Positions 1 through 8,192 of a stretch of DNA of 64,000 bases are shown here, piece by piece. Position numbers and translations under genes: made by a program. Position 1 is the first letter of the stretch. Each line of letters starts with the position of its first letter. The stretch lies in NCBI GenBank assembly GCA_050123155.1, contig JASFHP010000002.1:74837-138836 (forward strand), in the 5' to 3' direction. The notes beneath the pieces are model-generated. The model searched no databases, was not told the origin of the DNA, and saw only the letters and a program-made list of their open reading frames with translations. Origin of the DNA: Candidatus Bathyarchaeota archaeon. Its GTDB lineage: Archaea > Thermoproteota > Bathyarchaeia > Bathyarchaeales > Bathyarchaeaceae.

Positions 1-161
1 CTTATTATTTTTCGCGTTTTGGGGGTTGATCTTACTTTTCCTGATCCATCACAGTTTGGGCATCGTTTTCTCAAATCCCCTTCACCTGTCGCGCCTGAAC
101 CATGGCAAACAGAACAGGTGACCATCCAATCTTCTGCACGCTCGTATGACCTTCTAGGCAC
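1..161 (-). CDS. Small DnaJ-type zinc-finger protein with two CxxCxGxG motifs; the 3' end runs off the window
   Basis: Own minus-strand translation from GTG at 161, with GAGGTGA 5 nt upstream: MPRRSYERAEDWMVTCSVCHGSGATGEGDLRKRCPNCDGSGKVRS... There is no stop before position 1. Preferred over the low-complexity + strand ORF 19..342. Confidence 0.4.
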   Translation of the reverse strand, partial: MPRRSYERAEDWMVTCSVCHGSGATGEGDLRKRCPNCDGSGKVRSTPKTRKII

Positions 162-541
162 AAAATTCACCTCGTTTATGTGTCCTCTGTATATGTGTAA
201 GATTATTGCGTTTTTACCTTTTCTGCTGCTTTTTCCTCCACGAATTCTACTCTTTGGCTGGACATTATGTTTGCTTGTTTTCGTTTCGCTCCTGTGGGAA
301 TTTGCATCTTTCTTGTTTCTAGAGCATATCTTTAACATTTAAACGTTTAAGCCAATACATTTATAAGCGCGTATGCATATAGTAGCTTATAGGAATAAGC
401 AGATTAGGGCGAATAAAAAAATGACAACAAAAACAAACGTAATACTTGACTCCAGCCGATTTGCTTATTGGAAAAATACTTAGCCTTTGGGGCTTGCAAA
501 AAAATATAAAATAATAAAAATTGGTGTAGTTGGTAATTGAA

Positions 542-685
542 ATGGGTAGAATAAGCGTGGCGATCTCTGATGAATTGGAAAAGGAGCTCAGGTTCAAGAC
601 AATCGAGCGATTTGGGGGTAAAAAGGGGGATCTGTCCAGAGCTGTCGAAGAAGCCATAAAGACATGGGTTGTCAAAGAAAAATAG
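542..685 (+). CDS. Ribbon-helix-helix (CopG/Arc/MetJ-like) DNA-binding protein, 47 aa; below the ORF-track cutoff
   Basis: ATG 542 to TAG 683-685 gives MGRISVAISDELEKELRFKTIERFGGKKGDLSRAVEEAIKTWVVKEK. This has the typical RHH pattern: an N-terminal beta-strand (ISVAIS) followed by two helices. An A/T-rich TATA-like stretch lies about 30-40 nt upstream. Confidence 0.6.
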   Translation: MGRISVAISDELEKELRFKTIERFGGKKGDLSRAVEEAIKTWVVKEK

Positions 686-949
686 GTGTGCACTCAAAAG
701 AGGCAAAAATAACACGCATCTTTTCCAAGAGATGCGCGCGCACTACACTACAAATTTCCTTTCGATAAGTCATTAGGAGGTTTTTCTTTTGTATGTTAGA
801 AATAAGTATAGAATGAGTATGTCAAATAGATTTAGCGGAGTTGAATGCGGGTGTTGTATGTACAAAGCTACCAGTTACTGTTGGCGGCAATGTTCACTTA
901 ATCGCTGGAAAACAAATATTTACTAGACTAATGATTGGGAGGTGAAAAG

Positions 950-1132
950 TTGACTGAAATACCGATAACTATGCAAGTAGAGAAAGTGCCAGAAACTAGT
1001 GATGCAGAAACATGGACAAAGTTCAACGAAAGATTAAACGACTTAGCAAAGCAAGGATTCACAGTGGCTTTTACAACAGACAGATACATTCTAATGAGGA
1101 GAAAGAGAGCCGCAACTAGACGGGAAGAATAA
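950..1132 (+). CDS. Hypothetical small protein, 60 aa from TTG 950 (the track ORF starts at 935)
   Basis: GGAGGTGA at 938-945 is followed 4 nt later by TTG 950. The product MTEIPITMQVEKVPETSDAETWTKFNERL... has a basic tail. No family recognised. Confidence 0.4.
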   Translation: MTEIPITMQVEKVPETSDAETWTKFNERLNDLAKQGFTVAFTTDRYILMRRKRAATRREE

Positions 1133-1271
1133 CTTGAAAAGGAATATTGAAAGGGGAATTCATGAGCGATTTTTGTTGGTTTCATCCTCGAAGCTCGCTC
1201 AGGATTATTCTCGGCGGAGACCATTCCGCCAACTGAAAAACGTAATAAAAAGTGTGGAGTAAGATCTAGAA

Positions 1272-1511
1272 TTGTCTACAAAAACTTGGAAATCTCATCC
1301 TCTATACACGACAATAGTGGAAATTTTGGAGCGAAAAGGTCCATTGACAGATGTAGAGCTCTTCGAGCTGATTAAGGGGTCCCATGGAGAAGCAGGATTT
1401 GGAGATCTGAACAAGACTTTGATGCGACTGGAAATACGAGGCAAAGTATACGTCTCTACTCATACAAAAGGAAAGAGAAGAGTTGAATTGACAGAAACGA
1501 CAGAACGTTAG
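1272..1511 (+). CDS. Small winged-helix-like protein, 79 aa
   Basis: Track ORF with a TTG start. The pattern IVEILERKGPLTDVELFELIK...RLEIRGKVYV resembles an HTH plus wing. Confidence 0.5.
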   Translation: MSTKTWKSHPLYTTIVEILERKGPLTDVELFELIKGSHGEAGFGDLNKTLMRLEIRGKVYVSTHTKGKRRVELTETTER

Positions 1512-1619
1512 CACATGCATTAACTCTCTTTTGACTTTTTGTTCAAAGTTTTCTAAATCTAACTTTACGAAATCGTGCTCTTTATATCGCACAACGTTCT
1601 TTGATTACTTAGTGACTAC

Positions 1620-1868
1620 ATGACTAAAGCAAAAAGAAAGAAGACTAAAATCATCGACACTGACGAAGCTGAACAACAGATTGAACGAGAAACGGGGGAC
1701 ATTTATGATGACACACAAAGAGGAGAAATGCTGAAAGCAGATGGAATTACCGCAGCCGAAAATTCTTTCATGCAAGGAAGAGAGATGACTGCAAAAAAGA
1801 GAAAACACCCCTCACATAAAGACACGATTTCAGTTGAACTCGCTGCAGACGAATACACTGAAGACTAA
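1620..1868 (+). CDS. Hypothetical highly charged protein, 82 aa
   Basis: Track ORF with an ATG start and a K/E/D-rich sequence. No recognisable family. Confidence 0.4.
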   Translation: MTKAKRKKTKIIDTDEAEQQIERETGDIYDDTQRGEMLKADGITAAENSFMQGREMTAKKRKHPSHKDTISVELAADEYTED

Positions 1869-1901
1869 ATCAGCATTCGCTGTCATTTCTCTTCTTACAT
1901 C

Positions 1902-2066
1902 TTATGACCGTGGATGTAGAAATTGAAATTTGCCGTTATCCGCTGAACAACCACAGGGTAACTTCTTGATTTCGTTCAAATTGATAGACTCCACGTTTTC
2001 AACCAATGTTCCTTTTGAGCCACATTTTTTGCAGTCATAGCTTACATTCGATTTTACTTCATTCAA
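1902..2066 (-). CDS. Zinc-ribbon protein, 54 aa; below the ORF-track cutoff
   Basis: Own translation from TTG 2066, preceded by GAGGTGATAAC: MNEVKSNVSYDCKKCGSKGTLVENVESINLNEIKKLPCGCSADNGKFQFLHPRS. Contains CxxC...CxC, and the TAA stop is at 1902-1904. Confidence 0.55.
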   Translation of the reverse strand: MNEVKSNVSYDCKKCGSKGTLVENVESINLNEIKKLPCGCSADNGKFQFLHPRS

Positions 2067-2093
2067 GTTATCACCTCGAACGTGCTACTTTTT

Positions 2094-2348
2094 TCATTTG
2101 TATTTTATTTTATATAATAGGATAATAAGAGCCTGGATAAAACCAACAAAATTGGCAATTATGATGGGCGAATTTTTCAACAAAATTCCATAAACTAGCC
2201 ACAAAAATATGCTACCCGAAAATATTGAAATCATTCCAAGAGAAATGTCTTTGGTAGATTTGGTCTTTAAAACCTTCAGTAATTGGGGAAAAAGTGATAT
2301 CCCACCCATTGCAGCTGCCACCAATCCAATTATGTTTATGTAATCCAT
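2094..2348 (-). CDS. SemiSWEET / PQ-loop (MtN3-type) three-TM sugar transporter, 84 aa
   Basis: From ATG 2348: MDYINIIGLVAAAMGGISLFPQLLKVLKTKSTKDISL... It has the PQ motif, three TM helices and the size typical of SemiSWEETs. The track ORF extends to 2414, but the N-terminal 22 aa look like non-coding read-in. Confidence 0.7.
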   Translation of the reverse strand: MDYINIIGLVAAAMGGISLFPQLLKVLKTKSTKDISLGMISIFSGSIFLWLVYGILLKNSPIIIANFVGFIQALIILLYKIKYK

Positions 2349-2361
2349 TTTCTCTTCCACT

Positions 2362-2844
2362 CTATGCGATATTTGACGCGCGCGCCACGCTATAGCTGAT
2401 GTAACATTCTGCAAGTTGCTTTTGTTTTGTACTAGGATTTAAACCGTTGCACATTTGAACAAACGTCTTCTGCAACTTCTCAACGTCTTCACTTGATATC
2501 TTGAAAGACAATTTATTCCACTCGTAAGCAGCTAACATTAATGACAGGCCATCGATGTACTTCCTATTTTCCATAATATTTTCACGTTTTTTCCTGAATG
2601 TTTTGAACCACCTTGAGACATTCTGATTGGTTATTCTGTCTATGCAGTTATAACACGCGTTCAGTCTACCGCCATCTTCGTTTCTAATAACTGAAACATC
2701 AATAATCGGATAGTTACCACAAACATCACATTTCATGTAACGTGATGAAACGAAAGTGTTATCTAAAAGATACTTTTTGCCTTTATACTGAAAAGATCCG
2801 ACGCCACGAACGTATTCAGGAATAGTTCTGCCTAACGCCAGCAA
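2362..2844 (-). CDS. Hypothetical protein with a CxxC...CxxC cluster
   Basis: Track ORF of 160 aa containing CDVCGNYPIID...NACYNCIDRI. Family not recognised and the start is uncertain (TTG 2844). Confidence 0.5.
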   Translation of the reverse strand: MLALGRTIPEYVRGVGSFQYKGKKYLLDNTFVSSRYMKCDVCGNYPIIDVSVIRNEDGGRLNACYNCIDRITNQNVSRWFKTFRKKRENIMENRKYIDGLSLMLAAYEWNKLSFKISSEDVEKLQKTFVQMCNGLNPSTKQKQLAECYISYSVARASNIA

Positions 2845-2886
2845 AATATCATCCGTTTTTGTCAGTTTGCACCACCTACTACACAG

Positions 2887-4044
2887 TTATGTTAACGGAA
2901 ATCTTCGCCTCAAATAATCCTTTACAAATTCATGGTCTTGTGCTAATTCTGTGCTTTTAATAATTTGACCCTCAAGCCTATCCAAAGCTAACCTGAAAGT
3001 CTGCTCGACACCCCAACCTTCACTTGAACTGAAAAAGGAGCCTTTCCGCGTTCTGAATTGCAATCGACAGTGAATCAACTGATCGCCCTTGAAATTTGTA
3101 CCATGTGTCTTCATGTAAACGAATAGTGTGCCAGACTCTAATGTTTCTCCGTATCTGTGCGTGAAAGATTCGAAATCTCCAATAATGTAGCCTCTTTGAA
3201 TTTCATCAATTTCCACGTCTTTAACTGAAAACTGCACCATAAGCCTTCTCGCTGGTTTTTCCATTTCAGCTAAAGGTTCAAGAAAGTCCCGTTTAGTCAA
3301 TATGCCGACAGGTCTTCCTTTGCTAACGATTACCAAAGAGGAAATGTCGAATTTGTGCATTTGATCTTCAGCTTCTGGCAATTTGGTTTCAGGCAAAACA
3401 GTGACCGCACGCTTCATTATACCCTTTGCGGGCATACTAAGAACAGGAACTTTCTCGCCCACTAGTTCCCCCCTCTTTTGACTCTGTCTCGGTTGAAAGA
3501 TATTCCTAATAATATCGAAAATACTCACAATTCCCACAAGTTTTCTATCTCTAACTATTGGAACGTGAGAGATTCCCTCTTCTCTAAAAAGGCTTAAAAT
3601 AGCCCCTACCGATTCGTCTTCTTCGATGACAAATGGCTTCTTAGTCATTATCTCCTCCACACGGGTATTGCTCCATTGCTCCGTTACGACTCCATGAATA
3701 ACATCATCATCTGTAACAAAACCCAAAAGTTTCTTTCCACTGTAGACTGGAAGTTGCCTAATCTCACTCTCAATCATCAACTTGGCGACCTTGCCGAGAG
3801 AATCATGCAGAGTAACAGCAGGCGCTGATCGCATCAAAGTCTTAACTTTAGTTCCAGAAGAATCAAAACTGGACCGTATTATCCATTTGCGGGAAATTAC
3901 CCCTTTATATTCACCTTTACTATTTAAGACGGCTAAAACAGGTGGCGTCTCTTTTTTGAAAAGTGATATACAAGAAGAAAGTGTATCATTTTCATGAACT
4001 TCTAAGAATCCTTGTGAAAAAACATCTTCCACGATCTTAACCAT
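2887..4044 (-). CDS. CBS-domain protein (two Bateman modules) with an extra C-terminal alpha/beta domain
   Basis: From ATG 4044 (MVKIVEDVF...). Four CBS repeats are present (for example GVISRKWIIRS, LGFVTDDDVIHG, VGIVSIFDIIRN, VGILTKRDFLE). The C-terminal ~110 aa is a separate domain (see finding). Confidence 0.8.
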   Translation of the reverse strand: MVKIVEDVFSQGFLEVHENDTLSSCISLFKKETPPVLAVLNSKGEYKGVISRKWIIRSSFDSSGTKVKTLMRSAPAVTLHDSLGKVAKLMIESEIRQLPVYSGKKLLGFVTDDDVIHGVVTEQWSNTRVEEIMTKKPFVIEEDESVGAILSLFREEGISHVPIVRDRKLVGIVSIFDIIRNIFQPRQSQKRGELVGEKVPVLSMPAKGIMKRAVTVLPETKLPEAEDQMHKFDISSLVIVSKGRPVGILTKRDFLEPLAEMEKPARRLMVQFSVKDVEIDEIQRGYIIGDFESFTHRYGETLESGTLFVYMKTHGTNFKGDQLIHCRLQFRTRKGSFFSSSEGWGVEQTFRLALDRLEGQIIKSTELAQDHEFVKDYLRRRFPLT

Positions 4045-4302
4045 AGAAAACCCTCTCAGTAATAGTATTCTCATTGAATGATTTAAACATTAAAAAAAAG
4101 TTGCATGTACACACTATAGGTGTACTAATGAACATAATTCGTAAATGCGCGGGCATCACTCTTCCAAAATAACAGAGAACCGGCAGAAAGACCTTATTTA
4201 ATCCACAAAGAAGCATAACTTTATCGGATGCATGATGCGCACGCACCACAACAAGGAAGCAAAGAGTTGCAAACACAAAACGGTATATTAGTGTAAGGAT
4301 AA

Positions 4303-4378
4303 TGGTAGCCCGGGGGAGATTCGAACTCCCGTCAGAGGCTCCAGAGGCCCCCATGATTGACCGCTACACCACCGGGCT
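4303..4378 (-). tRNA. tRNA-Gln (anticodon CUG), CCA encoded
   Basis: Hand-folded. The acceptor AGCCCGG pairs with CCGGGCT. The T arm is GGGAG-TTCGAAT-CTCCC. The anticodon stem GGGGC/GCCTC carries the loop CUCUGGA. Discriminator A is followed by CCA, 76 nt in total. Confidence 0.9.
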
Positions 4379-4526
4379 TAATCTTCTGCTATGTTACAGG
4401 AAAGTTCTTTTCTCATTAATAAATCTCTCATCACGTCTCTTTTCGGGAACCAAAATGGATGGAAAAAGAGGTTTCTGTACGTATTTGTTCACTTGATATC
4501 AAGTAAAGGATGACAAATCGTAATGC

Positions 4527-4534
4527 TTATATAT
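4527..4534 (+). promoter_or_regulatory. Candidate TATA box (TTATATAT) for tfb
   Basis: The context is cgtaatgcTTATATATttag. ATG 4571 lies about 37 nt downstream, consistent with a short-leader transcript. Confidence 0.35.
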
Positions 4535-4591
4535 TTAGTCATATCCTCAGGGTATCTACGGCGGGTCCAGATGTACGTTTCTGAACCCTGA

Positions 4592-5587
4592 AAGGAATCA
4601 AATCACGTTAGAAACGGAATTCTCGCCAGAAAAATTGCCGAGAGGCGAAAAGTTACGCAAAAAAAAGATATTTCCCGTAGAGTAAACGAAAAATGCCCTG
4701 AATGTGGAAGCCCCAACCTCATCCACGATTATGATACTGGCGAGACCATCTGCGGAGGCTGCGGTCTAGTTGTCCGAGAGCAGATGATGGATAAGGGTCC
4801 AGAATGGCGAGCCTTCACTCAAGAAGAAAAGGCATCTAGGAGCCGCGTTGGAGTACCCACCTCATATTCTGTTCACGACAAAGGATTATCCACAGCCATA
4901 GGACGCGTGGACAGAGACGCATTCGGACGCAAACTTCCCCTCTCCACAAGACTGCAGATGTGGAGACTCCGGAAATGGCAGATAAGATCCCGCGTTCACT
5001 CCTCCATAGACCGAAATCTTGCCCAAGCCATGGCAGAGCTGGACCGTCTTTCCGACAAATCATACATTCCTGGTCCAGTCAAGGAAAAAGCCGCAATAAT
5101 CTACCGTAAAGCCTTAGACAAAGGACTGGTGCGGGGCAGATCTATCGCTGCCATCGCCGCTGCTTCACTGTACGCTGCTTGCAGAACCACCGGAACCCCC
5201 AGAACCCTTCGGGAAATAGCTGAAGCCAGTTTTGTGGACAAAAAGGATGTGGCTCGCTGCTATCGCCTACTGCTAAGAGAGCTGAATGTTCAGATGCCAA
5301 TCGCTGATCCTCTCACCTACGTTTCTAAAATCGCTGAGAGAACAGGCATCTCTGGTCCGACACAGGGTCACGCCATCAAAATTCTTCACGAAGCTAGAAG
5401 AAGACGTGCCGCTGCCGGCAAGGACCCTATGGGTTTGGCTGCTGCTGCGTTGTATATTGCTTGTTTGGTGCAGAATGAGAAGAAGACTCAGAAGGATATC
5501 GCTGAGGCTGCGGGTGTAACTGAGGTTACTGTCCGGAACAGGTATAAAAGTTTGAGGCGACAGCTGGGCATAGAGCTGCCAGATTAG
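4592..5587 (+). CDS. tfb: Transcription initiation factor TFB (TFIIB homologue); the first canonical start in frame is ATG 4784 and the true start is unresolved
   Basis: The zinc ribbon CPECGSPNLIHDYDTGETICGGCG (4694-4762) is in frame with GPEWRAF and the two cyclin folds (track ORF 4784..5587). The open frame begins at 4592, after the TGA at 4589-4591, and has no ATG/GTG/TTG before 4784. Confidence 0.85.
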   Translation, partial: KESNHVRNGILARKIAERRKVTQKKDISRRVNEKCPECGSPNLIHDYDTGETICGGCGLVVREQMMDKGPEWRAFTQEEKASRSRVGVPTSYSVHDKGLSTAIGRVDRDAFGRKLPLSTRLQMWRLRKWQIRSRVHSSIDRNLAQAMAELDRLSDKSYIPGPVKEKAAIIYRKALDKGLVRGRSIAAIAAASLYAACRTTGTPRTLREIAEASFVDKKDVARCYRLLLRELNVQMPIADPLTYVSKIAERTGISGPTQGHAIKILHEARRRRAAAGKDPMGLAAAALYIACLVQNEKKTQKDIAEAAGVTEVTVRNRYKSLRRQLGIELPD

Positions 5588-5802
5588 CCTGTTTCCTCTG
5601 TTTTTGTCAGCTCCATAACTATTGGTCCCCTATACCCACAATCTGAGCACACATACTGTCTAGGGGTTATTCCGTACAACCATCGATTACTGTGAAGTAT
5701 GTTTTTGCTTCCACATTTTGGGCAAACGTTGATTGTTGCTTCGCCTGTTTTCTTGTGTTTCAGTTCTTTCAGTACTTCGCGGAAATCTGCGAGTAATCCC
5801 AT
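5584..5802 (-). CDS. Small double zinc-ribbon protein, 72 aa
   Basis: Track ORF containing CPKCGS...CSDCGY. It converges on the tfb stop with a 4-nt overlap. Confidence 0.55.
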   Translation of the reverse strand: MGLLADFREVLKELKHKKTGEATINVCPKCGSKNILHSNRWLYGITPRQYVCSDCGYRGPIVMELTKTEETG

Positions 5803-5819
5803 CTTGTTTCTCTCATCTG

Positions 5820-6128
5820 CTATTGAAGCTCAACGTTTTCTTCTGGGTAGCCCTGACGAATAAGGTATGTTCTGACTTTGTCTCGGTGGTCGCCTTGCAG
5901 GATGATTTCCTCGTTTTTTGCGGTTCCTCCGCAGGCGCAGAATGATTTGAGTTTCTGGGCTAGCCGGCTTAGGTTTGCTTCTTTGTTGCTGATGCCGTCG
6001 ACAATGGTTACTGCTTTTCCCCATTTTCTTGTTTCTAAACGCACTCGTATTCGTTGTTGTTCTTTGCCTATTTCTTCACAGACACAAATATCTGAGGGCA
6101 GTCCGCAGGTTGGACAAATTTCAGCCAT
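5820..6128 (-). CDS. Translation initiation factor aSUI1 (eIF1 family)
   Basis: From ATG 6128: MAEICPTCGLPSDICVCEEIGKEQQRIRVRLETRKWGKAVTIVDGI...GGTAKNEEIILQGDHRDKV. This shows an N-terminal zinc knuckle plus a SUI1 fold. Confidence 0.85.
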   Translation of the reverse strand: MAEICPTCGLPSDICVCEEIGKEQQRIRVRLETRKWGKAVTIVDGISNKEANLSRLAQKLKSFCACGGTAKNEEIILQGDHRDKVRTYLIRQGYPEENVELQ

Positions 6129-6326
6129 GATACTCAACTGTAAAAGGCACCGTTGACCTATATAAAATTTTCAATGCTCTCCGAGTTGATTGCCGTTGAC
6201 TATTTAAGAGTGGAGAAGGATGTTGCCGGCTCGTGGATATTACGGATTTTGTTTTATGGTGTTTATCAAAATAATGAATATCTTTGATCAGGTGAAGATA
6301 GGGGGCACCAGCTATAGACAAAAGAA

Positions 6327-6635
6327 GTGGCTGAATTGCATCTGCCCATAAGTAATCGATTTAGAGTTTCTGCTTTACTGGGAGTTCTGTTTCTGGTAAT
6401 TGGGGTCAGCCTTTTGGGACATTCGATTTCTGCGATTCAGGACAATGAGCGGCTGTCGAACAGCGCTGACTGGACGTTTGAACAGATGTGGCATTATGAC
6501 GGTTCTATTAGCTGGTGGAGAAGCGCTTCTGTTACATTGTTTCTTCCGTTGATAGCGGTCTTCCTGACGATAAGTGGGGTTATTCTGGTTTCCCAACAGC
6601 TTTTGGCGAGGTTGCGTCACAAAAGTGGGCTCTGA
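6327..6635 (+). CDS. Hypothetical membrane protein (two TM segments)
   Basis: Track ORF with a GTG start and two hydrophobic segments. No family recognised. Confidence 0.4.
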   Translation: MAELHLPISNRFRVSALLGVLFLVIGVSLLGHSISAIQDNERLSNSADWTFEQMWHYDGSISWWRSASVTLFLPLIAVFLTISGVILVSQQLLARLRHKSGL

Positions 6636-6720
6636 CCTTTAAAGATACGTTGGAAACACGCTTCCAAAGAAAATTTTGGTCAATTGACTGAAAAGATGAA
6701 GATGCAAAGAAGTTCAGTGT

Positions 6721-6960
6721 TCACTCTGTTTCCTCGACCACTATCATGGTTAAGGTTGACCTGACTTTGTCTAGGCTTCGCAGATTCCAAGTAACAATTT
6801 CCCTGAGTTTCTCCATTGTTTCTGCTTTAACCGTGGCTATAATGTCATAAACGCCGTAAACCATGTACGTCTCCTTGACACAGTCCATTTTTTTCAGGGA
6901 TTCCAAAACGCTGTTCACGGCATCCGTCTCTGTGGTTATCAAAACATACGCCATAGGCAT
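6721..6960 (-). CDS. Stand-alone Lrp/AsnC-type ligand-binding (RAM) domain protein
   Basis: From ATG 6960: MPMAYVLITTETDAVNSVLESLKKMDCVKETYMVYGVYDIIATVKAETMEKLREIV... This matches the RAM-domain pattern and carries no HTH. Confidence 0.65.
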   Translation of the reverse strand: MPMAYVLITTETDAVNSVLESLKKMDCVKETYMVYGVYDIIATVKAETMEKLREIVTWNLRSLDKVRSTLTMIVVEETE

Positions 6961-7081
6961 ATCAACATCTCCAAACCCATTTCTTACCCTTTTGATACCC
7001 AACATATCCCCCCAATCAGGATAAATAACTTACCCAACAACAAGCCAAAACCGGGTCTATTTTCGCCAGCGAATACACATT

Positions 7082-7135
7082 CATATTTGAAGACTAATAA
7101 CAGTGTATTGTTGAAAAACAGCTTTTTTCAGGAAA
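7082..7135 (+). repeat. Dispersed intergenic element, copy 1 (the most diverged copy)
   Basis: Sequence CATATTTGAAGACTAATAACAGTGTATTGTTGAAAAACAGCTTTTTTCAGGAAA. It abuts the methyltransferase stop codon at 7136-7138. Confidence 0.8.
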
Positions 7136-7975
7136 CTAGGCGGGCAAGTTTTTCTTTATTTGCTGTTCCGCGGTTTCTACATAGGATTCATCTATTTCGA
7201 AGCCGATGTAGTCGACGCCCAGCCTCTGGCAGGCAACCGCGGTGTTGCCGATTCCCATGAACGGGTCCAAAACAAGTTTGGTCCGTTCTAGTCCATGAAA
7301 CTTGATGCACATCATCGGCAGCTTAGGCGGAAACGCGGACGGATGCGGTCTCTGCCTCTTCCGGGACCATATTGTCTCATACGGAATAAACCATGTGTCC
7401 CCCCTGTCTCTCAGGTCTCGAACAGCCCTTTTCCACCGTCCAATGTTACTCTTATCCTGATACGGCACACCCACCGCCAACTTGTCAACCTTGACTTCGC
7501 CGTCTTTGGTGAACTGGAAAACATACTCATGGCATTTGTTCACGAAACGTTCACTGTTGACAGGCTTAAAGTGTCCCACCGCAATGTCCCCCCTGATGTT
7601 CGGGTAATCGCCAACGTCCTCCTTTGGTATGGCAATCGATTTTATCCAGTGAATAACGTTCTGCAGCACGAAATGCTTCCTGAACCTGAATGCCACCTCC
7701 CAAGCAACCCACGGGTCCCTAGGCTTGTATCCAATGTTCAAGAAGAATGAGCCGGAGTCGCTGAGAACCCGTTTGCATTCCTCTGCCACCGTTTCCATCC
7801 AATCAAGATACTGCCCTCTGGAAACCGAGTCATCATACACGCCATATTTTATTCCCAGATTATAGGGTGGAGATGTCACAATCACGTCCACTTCCCCATC
7901 CTCAAGGAACCGCCTCATCCCCTCAACGCAGTCACCGACGATTATCCTGTTCTTTTCACATCTCACCAAACTCAC
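7136..7975 (-). CDS. Beta-class DNA methyltransferase (N4-cytosine or N6-adenine), apparently orphan
   Basis: Motif IV ([10 protein letters not shown]) is near the N-terminus and motif I ([13 protein letters not shown]) is near the C-terminus, which is the beta-class circular permutation. No restriction endonuclease gene is adjacent. Confidence 0.85.
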   Translation of the reverse strand: MSLVRCEKNRIIVGDCVEGMRRFLEDGEVDVIVTSPPYNLGIKYGVYDDSVSRGQYLDWMETVAEECKRVLSDSGSFFLNIGYKPRDPWVAWEVAFRFRKHFVLQNVIHWIKSIAIPKEDVGDYPNIRGDIAVGHFKPVNSERFVNKCHEYVFQFTKDGEVKVDKLAVGVPYQDKSNIGRWKRAVRDLRDRGDTWFIPYETIWSRKRQRPHPSAFPPKLPMMCIKFHGLERTKLVLDPFMGIGNTAVACQRLGVDYIGFEIDESYVETAEQQIKKNLPA

Positions 7976-8013
7976 GTCACCCTACAAACATCAAGTGACC
8001 AACAACAAACATT

Positions 8014-8068
8014 CATATTAGGAGCCTAATAACACTTCATTGTTGAAAACAGCCTTTTTTCAGAAAAA
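8014..8068 (+). repeat. Dispersed intergenic element, copy 2
   Basis: Sequence CATATTAGGAGCCTAATAACACTTCATTGTTGAAAACAGCCTTTTTTCAGAAAAA. It lies 39 nt from the methyltransferase start codon. Confidence 0.85.
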
Positions 8069-8192
8069 CCAAGCATCAACCCAAGAATCTTTCGAAATTG
8101 GACGCGCAACGAATAGTTTCAAAAGAATCACCCTATGTTGATTCGGTAACAAACGTTAAATAGAATATTCTTTGAGTTTTAAAGGGGAGAAA